A DNA stretch of 64,000 nucleotides from a virus. Taxonomy: Duplodnaviria > Caudoviricetes. The notes below the pieces were generated by a model. It was not told the DNA's origin. It saw only the letters and a program-made list of their open reading frames with translations, and searched no databases. The stretch is taken from IMG/VR virus record IMGVR_UViG_3300024229_000651. One strand, written 5' to 3'. The position numbers and the translations under genes are program-made. This document shows, one piece after another, positions 63,913-64,000 of the stretch. Position 1 is the stretch's first letter. Each line of letters opens with the position of its first letter.

Positions 63913-63999
63913 TTAACTCCTAGCCGGTAGTAAGTATGTGTAGTTGCCTAAGCCACTGTCTACAGTTAGTTGAAGTAAGCCTTGATTATTAAAGCTCAT
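63913..63999 (-). CDS. C-terminal fragment of an upstream gene (possibly sliding-clamp-like), truncated by window edge
   Basis: Hand translation ...MSFNNQGLLQLTVDSGLGNYTYLLPARS*; function guess is weak. Confidence 0.35.
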   Translation of the reverse strand: MSFNNQGLLQLTVDSGLGNYTYLLPARS

Positions 64000-64000
64000 A

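Noticed and set aside
1-64000. Bacterial chromosomal biosynthetic island
   Set aside because: No host core genes are present. Ligase, T4-type RNase H, early promoter cassettes, late-type promoters and many tiny ORFs indicate a phage.

Overview
This is a 64 kb segment of a large tailed-phage genome, T4-superfamily-like. It carries an ATP-dependent DNA ligase, a T4-type RNase H, a glutaredoxin, T4-late-like (G/T/C)ATAAATA promoters and repeated sigma70 early promoters. The host is probably a proteobacterium (inference). There are no rRNA, tRNA, CRISPR or host housekeeping operons. The + strand arm (1-31.4 kb) is a dense tailoring-enzyme island. It holds nine radical SAM enzymes (eight with an N-terminal twitch-type Cys cluster), a UDP-sugar dehydrogenase, methyltransferases, 2OG-Fe(II)/cupin enzymes, a PLP enzyme, a desaturase, a carbamoyltransferase, a glycosyltransferase, and a 1953-aa protein made of about 18 GT-A-like repeats. 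Genes switch to the - strand at about 31.4 kb. A perfect 33-bp inverted repeat (31386-31418 / 34289-34321) brackets a 2.9 kb segment with early promoter cassettes. That segment lies inside a zone (about 28-36 kb) that is depleted of TpA and rich in CpA/TpG. The - strand arm carries sulfotransferase-like paralogs, a vWA-containing probable virion protein, a second early cassette cluster and replication genes. It ends in a 7-deazaguanine cluster (queE, folE, a DpdL/QueD-like T-fold protein, a TGT/DpdA-like protein) interleaved with a PRTase, GalE, a GT-B glycosyltransferase and two oxidoreductases. This suggests an undescribed, possibly sugar-decorated, deazaguanine DNA modification. All family calls come from motif recognition by eye; no database searches were run.
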